From an uncultured Desulfobacteraceae bacterium (lineage in GTDB: Bacteria > Desulfobacterota > Desulfobacteria > Desulfobacterales > UBA5852): a stretch of 64,000 bases of DNA. The position numbers and the translations under genes were made by a program. Shown here piece by piece: positions 59,039 through 64,000 of this stretch. The stretch covers positions 1,079,398 through 1,143,397 of the forward strand of contig CAJXSL010000001.1 of assembly GCA_913060875.1 (NCBI GenBank). Reading direction: 5' to 3'. Every line of letters begins with the position of its first letter. Positions within the stretch are counted from its first letter, which is position 1. Under the pieces are notes generated by a model. It was not told the DNA's origin. It made no database searches and saw only the letters and a program-made list of their open reading frames with translations.

Positions 59039-60106
59039 ATGACCATATTAGACCGATATATCAGCCAACAGATCATCCGGTATTTCGGGGCAACCTTCGC
59101 CCTGGTTACCGTGATTTACATGATTGCCGATTTTTTCGAGAAAGTTGACAAACTGATTGAATCCGGTTTGTCTTTCCCGAAAGCGGCGCTGTATTTTATC
59201 TCGCGAATTCCGCTCGAGCACCTGATTCCTGCCAGCACGCTGCTTTCGGTATTGGTGGTGTTCGGCATGATGAACAAGCATAACGAAATTACGGCTTTGA
59301 AAACCGGGGGGGTCAGTATTTACCGTCTGTTAAAGGCACCGTTCGCCCTCGGTGTCATTTTCAGTCTGCTCCTGCTGATGTTTTCCGAAATATTACTGCC
59401 GATTGTGCGATCCAATGCCAACCGTATCTGGATGGAAGAAGTCAAAAAGGTCCAGACCACTTCCAGGCGAAAGAATATTTGGCTGAAAGGGCATCGATCC
59501 ATCTATCACATTCAATTTTTTGATCCGGTGCGATTGAAGGCCTTTGATGTGAGCCTGAATTTCTTCGATGACGATTTCCGACTGACGCGTCGTATCGATG
59601 CGCGTGAAGGTGAATATACGGAAGGACACTGGGTATTCCGGGAAATCATGGAGCAGGTTCGCAACTCGGATGACGGTTCTTATGTGGTGCGGCATCGCGA
59701 TCAGATGTCCGTGCCATTGGATTTCGAACCGCTGGACTTGAAGCGCGTGGCCAAAGCGTCCGATGAAATGAGTCTGCCGGAATTGGCCGACTACATCCAA
59801 ACTGCCGAATCGGAAGGCTATGACACCACAACCTACCGGGTCGATTTCCATGCCAAGATCGCCTATCCGCTGGTATGTCTGATCCTCTCTGCTATTGCCG
59901 TGGCCATTGCGGGAAGGGGGAAAAGAGGAGAGAATCTTGCCATCGTGGTGGTCACCGGCATCGGTTTGGCCTTTTGCTTTTGGGTGCTGCACGGCTTCAG
60001 CCTGTCGCTGGGCTATGCCGGGATGCTGCCACCATTGGTGGCGGCCTGGCTGCCGAATCTGACCTATTTTTTTACGGCGGTCGTCCTATTGCTGAGGGCC
60101 GAATAA
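59039..60106 (+). CDS. lptG: LPS export permease LptG
   Basis: ILDRYI, NEITALKTGGVS and LPPLVAAWLPN. Confidence 0.9.
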   Translation: MTILDRYISQQIIRYFGATFALVTVIYMIADFFEKVDKLIESGLSFPKAALYFISRIPLEHLIPASTLLSVLVVFGMMNKHNEITALKTGGVSIYRLLKAPFALGVIFSLLLLMFSEILLPIVRSNANRIWMEEVKKVQTTSRRKNIWLKGHRSIYHIQFFDPVRLKAFDVSLNFFDDDFRLTRRIDAREGEYTEGHWVFREIMEQVRNSDDGSYVVRHRDQMSVPLDFEPLDLKRVAKASDEMSLPELADYIQTAESEGYDTTTYRVDFHAKIAYPLVCLILSAIAVAIAGRGKRGENLAIVVVTGIGLAFCFWVLHGFSLSLGYAGMLPPLVAAWLPNLTYFFTAVVLLLRAE

Positions 60107-61291
60107 TTGAAACCCTCCCTGCGGCAAAAGAAATCCGACCGCTTCAACCGTTTGCGGGAATCCGTTGAAACGGTCATGCATGATCAATATGGCGGGCGTT
60201 CGGTTTTAGCCAGCGTTTTAAAAGGCGCTGCCGGGGTTTATGGCGCGGCGGTTCGCTTTCGGGCGAAACGCTTTCGTCAACAGCGGCTGTTGTCTCATCG
60301 ATTGCCCTGCCGGGTGATCTCGGTGGGCAACATTACATTGGGCGGCACGGGGAAAACCCCGATGAGCATTTATCTGGCCCAATTGCTTCACGCTGCCGGT
60401 CATCGTGTGGCGGTCGTCAGTCGCGGCTACAAAGGGCTTTCCGAAAAGAAGGGGGGCATTGTAAGCGATGGCCAGCGTCTTCTCATGGCACCTTCCGTGG
60501 CCGGGGACGAGCCCTATTTGATGGCCCGGCGCCTGTTGTCCTGCGGCATACCGGTTATCGTCGGACAGAATCGGGTTCGCTCGGGCTTGCTGGCGATCCG
60601 GCGCTTTCATACCGAAGTCGTTGTACTGGATGATGGGTTTCAGCATCTGCGCCTGCAACGGGACATTGACATCGTTCTGCTGGATGCCATGAACCCCTTT
60701 GGCAATGGCTATCTTCTGCCCCGTGGCACATTGCGGGAGCCTCCTTCCGCTTTGTCGCGGGCCGACATTTGTTTGTTGACACGGTGTCCGCCGACAGTTC
60801 TCGAACGGGGCGCGTCAGCGCCTCCCGGATCCTTGGAAGTCCAGGCCGCCGGTAACATCGGACGACCGATTTTTGCCGCTGCCCATACCCCGTTCCTTCA
60901 GGAGTGCCTTGGGGGCGAATGGGATAATCGGCCAGACGACAAACCTCATATGGAAGACCGTGCCGGAGAACCCGTTTTTGCTTTTTCGGGCCTTGCCCGC
61001 AATGACGCCTTTCAAAATACCTTGCGCGATATGGGCTTTGACCTCAAGGGCAGCCTGGCATTCTCCGACCACCATGTCTATTCCCGGAGCGAGATTGAGG
61101 CGATCGCCTCCCGGGCGGATCGCAAAGACGCCCGGTGGCTGGTGACCACTGAAAAAGACCGGGTCAAGATCGATCCGGACTGGATACACACCATGCCATT
61201 ATTGGTCGTCGGAATCCGGATGGATCTGGGGGCTCGAACAAAAACTTTTGAGCGGTTGGTGATGCAGAAGCTTTTTCCATCGTCTCGTTGA
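60107..61291 (+). CDS. lpxK: Tetraacyldisaccharide 4'-kinase
   Basis: SVGNITLGGTGKTP, SRGY, GDEP, LDDGFQH, PRGTLRE, DHH and TTEKD. Confidence 0.96.
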   Translation: MKPSLRQKKSDRFNRLRESVETVMHDQYGGRSVLASVLKGAAGVYGAAVRFRAKRFRQQRLLSHRLPCRVISVGNITLGGTGKTPMSIYLAQLLHAAGHRVAVVSRGYKGLSEKKGGIVSDGQRLLMAPSVAGDEPYLMARRLLSCGIPVIVGQNRVRSGLLAIRRFHTEVVVLDDGFQHLRLQRDIDIVLLDAMNPFGNGYLLPRGTLREPPSALSRADICLLTRCPPTVLERGASAPPGSLEVQAAGNIGRPIFAAAHTPFLQECLGGEWDNRPDDKPHMEDRAGEPVFAFSGLARNDAFQNTLRDMGFDLKGSLAFSDHHVYSRSEIEAIASRADRKDARWLVTTEKDRVKIDPDWIHTMPLLVVGIRMDLGARTKTFERLVMQKLFPSSR

Positions 61292-61411
61292 TGGGCTGAT
61301 CTAACCTTTTGGCATCTGGACTTGTTTTGAACGATGACGGGCTTGCAATCTCCCGATGGATTGGATAGAGAAACGCACGCGCGATGTGACTAATCAGGGG
61401 AGCAAATTGTA

Positions 61412-63139
61412 ATGAATATACTTGGATTATCGGGCTCTTTGACGCATGACCCTTCGGCGGCTCTTTTCATAGACGGACAACTCGTGGCTGCCGTTGAGGA
61501 GGAACGCTTTCTGCGCGACAAGCACGCCAAGCGTCAATGGCCTTATCATTCCGCCCGCTATTGCCTCGAGTCCGCCGGTATTGCACCGGAGGATGTCGAT
61601 GCCGTGGCGTTTCCCTTTACATCCTTCGGGTTCCGCTATCCCGGTCGCTGGCATTTTGCCAAACGCTACTGGTATGCGCCTGACCGGGCCGTCAACGCCC
61701 TTTTTAACGGTAATCGTTTGTTCCGCCGCAATCGCAGGGCGATTTTAAACCTGATGCGGCGTCTTTCCATCGATCCGGATAAAACGCCCTTTGTGCCGGT
61801 GGCTCATCACCTGGCCCATGCCAGCAGTGCCTATCACCTGAGCGGTTATGACGGCAAAGTGGCCATTCTCGGTATCGATGGCAAAGGTGAATATGCCACG
61901 ACCTTTTTTGGATATGGTGACAAGGGCCGCATCCATTGTATCAAGGAATTTTACGATCCGGATTCCCTGGGCGGCGTCTACGGGGCACTCACCCAATACC
62001 TTGGGTTCGAGATGCTGGACGGCGAGTTCAAGGTTATGGGCATGGCACCATACGGCGATCCCGCCAAATATGACTTCTCCCCCCTGATATCGTGTGATGG
62101 CCGCTCCTTCAGCGTGGATACCACCCTTGTCAATACCGTGGGCCTGCGCCGTTACAAGCAGGACGGCCTGGGCTTCTATTTCAGTCCCAAATTGGTGGAC
62201 TGGCTGGGGCCCAAGCGGGAGGGAGACGAGATTGATGATCCGTATGTGGATTATGCCGCCAGCATGCAGAAGCTGCTGGAGGATGTGTCCCTGCAGCTGA
62301 TCGAAACTTATCTGGGAGATGTCCTGCGCGAGACCGGCAGGCTTTGTTTTGCCGGAGGCGTGGCCCTGAACGTCAAATTGAACCAGCGGATTATCGACCT
62401 GCCGCATGTCGACGAATTGTTTGTCCAGCCGGCTGCCAGTGATGCCGGAACAGCAGTTGGCGCGGCATCCTATGTTGCCCATGAAATGGGGGACGTGATA
62501 CGAAAGCAGGAGCACGTCTACCTGGGGCCGTCCTATTCGACGGAAGACTGCCGCCGGGCCTGCGAATCCCACCCGGAAAAGCCGGCCTTCGAGCAGGTGG
62601 CCGATGCCCCCCAGGCGGCGGCTCGTCTGCTGGCCGAAGGGCACCCGGTGGCCTGGTTCCAGGGACGCATGGAATTCGGTCCGCGGGCATTGGGCAACCG
62701 CAGCATTCTAGGCGATCCCAGCCGACCCGGGATTGCTGACCGCATCAACGAGCAGATCAAGTATCGTGAACGCTGGCGTCCTTTCTGCCCCAGCATTCTG
62801 GATCGGGCGGCCGAGGATATCCTGCAGACCGGTCACCCGGCACCCTACATGACCTTTGCCTTCACCGTGGCCGAACACTGGAAGGCACGTATCCCGGAGG
62901 TGGTCCATATGGACGGGACAGCCCGCGCCCAGGTGGTGACCCGGGCCACCAACCCGCGCTATTATGCGTTGATCGAAGAACTGGAGAAGCTTCGCGGTGT
63001 GCCGGTGGTCCTGAATACCTCGCTCAACCGACGCGGGGAGCCCATCGTGTGTACGCCCACCGATGCCTTGAACATGTTTTACGGTTCGGACCTACAGTAT
63101 CTTTTCCTGGAAAATTTGCTGGTACGCAAGGTCTCCTGA
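61412..63139 (+). CDS. NodU/CmcH family O-carbamoyltransferase (WapO-like)
   Basis: HDPSAAL, EEERF, HHLAHA, GGVALN, EFGPRALGNRS, RERWRPF and LNTSLN. Confidence 0.92.
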   Translation: MNILGLSGSLTHDPSAALFIDGQLVAAVEEERFLRDKHAKRQWPYHSARYCLESAGIAPEDVDAVAFPFTSFGFRYPGRWHFAKRYWYAPDRAVNALFNGNRLFRRNRRAILNLMRRLSIDPDKTPFVPVAHHLAHASSAYHLSGYDGKVAILGIDGKGEYATTFFGYGDKGRIHCIKEFYDPDSLGGVYGALTQYLGFEMLDGEFKVMGMAPYGDPAKYDFSPLISCDGRSFSVDTTLVNTVGLRRYKQDGLGFYFSPKLVDWLGPKREGDEIDDPYVDYAASMQKLLEDVSLQLIETYLGDVLRETGRLCFAGGVALNVKLNQRIIDLPHVDELFVQPAASDAGTAVGAASYVAHEMGDVIRKQEHVYLGPSYSTEDCRRACESHPEKPAFEQVADAPQAAARLLAEGHPVAWFQGRMEFGPRALGNRSILGDPSRPGIADRINEQIKYRERWRPFCPSILDRAAEDILQTGHPAPYMTFAFTVAEHWKARIPEVVHMDGTARAQVVTRATNPRYYALIEELEKLRGVPVVLNTSLNRRGEPIVCTPTDALNMFYGSDLQYLFLENLLVRKVS

Positions 63140-63155
63140 AGTCGCGCATCCGAGG

Positions 63156-64000
63156 TCAGAACAACCGGCCTGCTGCCAGGGCCTGAATCAATTTGGGCAT
63201 GACCAGGTCGGCCGTGATCGCTTCCATGCAATTGACGCCACCGAAGCGACACGACTTTTTGTAGCAGCCGATACATTCCTGGTTTGCCTGGACCACCCAC
63301 GGACGGCACCGATAGGGCGCCACCCGGTCCGGTTCGGTGGGGCCGAACAGGGCGACATACGGTGTGCCCACGGCAGCGGCAAGATGCCCCGGACCGGAGT
63401 CAGGGCCGACACAGGCGGCTGATTTTTTCAGCACGGCCGTAAGTTCCAGAAGCGATGTCCGACCGGTGATATTCAACAGGCGTTCCGACCCCAGAGCCTT
63501 CTCAAGCCGATCGGCCGGCCTCTGTTGGGAGGCATCACCCACCAGCACGACCCCATGCGTCCCGTTTCCAAGAATACGCTCCACCAGGTCCCGATAGCCC
63601 TCGTGCGTCCAATCTTTCGAGACCCAGGACGATCCCATCACCACCGTAATATAGTCTTGCCGCCGTGTTGCCTTCAATGAAGGCGGGAGGTGATCGTCGT
63701 CAAGGGCTGCAAAACCGAAATCGGGCTCGGTGGAGGGACGAATCCCTATGTATTCTATGAATTTCAGGTAATGATCGAGTTTGGGCTGTTTGTCACTGAA
63801 ATTGGCAATCTGTCGGTTGTTGAAAATCCAGTTGAATTCCTTGGCATTGCGCGGATGGACGCCGATTCGACATTGCGCTCCCGACAGGAAAGAAAAAAGA
63901 CCGCTTTTGAAATGGCATTGGAGATCCAAGGTGATGTCGAAGCTTCGGCTTTTAAGTTCCCGGTGCAGGTCGCGGACGGCGGCGATACCCCGGGGCCGGT
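63156..64000 (-). CDS. Glycosyltransferase family 9 (heptosyltransferase-like), 5' end outside the window
   Basis: Frame is open to the window edge; FDITLDLQ..KS, KDW, DSGPGHLAAAVG and LFGPT. Confidence 0.9.
   Translation of the reverse strand, partial: RPRGIAAVRDLHRELKSRSFDITLDLQCHFKSGLFSFLSGAQCRIGVHPRNAKEFNWIFNNRQIANFSDKQPKLDHYLKFIEYIGIRPSTEPDFGFAALDDDHLPPSLKATRRQDYITVVMGSSWVSKDWTHEGYRDLVERILGNGTHGVVLVGDASQQRPADRLEKALGSERLLNITGRTSLLELTAVLKKSAACVGPDSGPGHLAAAVGTPYVALFGPTEPDRVAPYRCRPWVVQANQECIGCYKKSCRFGGVNCMEAITADLVMPKLIQALAAGRLF

Overview
Chromosomal window from what looks like a sulfate-reducing deltaproteobacterium (Desulfobacterales-like; inferred from gene content and gene order, not proven). 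The left ~29 kb is an amino-acid/peptide catabolic region rich in non-coding repeats. It holds MarR plus acyl-CoA dehydrogenase, an EVE protein, an M19 dipeptidase with a dppABCDF-type transporter, an O-methyltransferase and mutM. It also holds a GAF-AAA+ sigma54 activator facing two unannotated sigma54 transcripts (a candidate ~150-nt sRNA and a 26-aa membrane peptide), an M14 deacylase, a gntR-rocD-OTC-arcE-like-arcC cluster (probable arginine synthetase pathway), a GcvT-SHMT fusion and dinB. At least four repeat families occur there, including four copies of an octamer-array hairpin element and MITE-like elements. The middle carries glycosyltransferases, a DHFR-family gene, a decayed tyrosine integrase beside tRNA-Val(CAC), ihfB, scpAB, trpS and a DHH-CBS tRNA nucleotidyltransferase. 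The right part carries pilC and pilS, then the envelope cluster lolC/E-lolD-bamA-skp-lpxD-fabZ-lpxA-gnnA-like-lpxB-msbA-lptFG-lpxK, a WapO-like carbamoyltransferase and a partial heptosyltransferase. All calls are by eye from motifs; no searches or folding programs were run.
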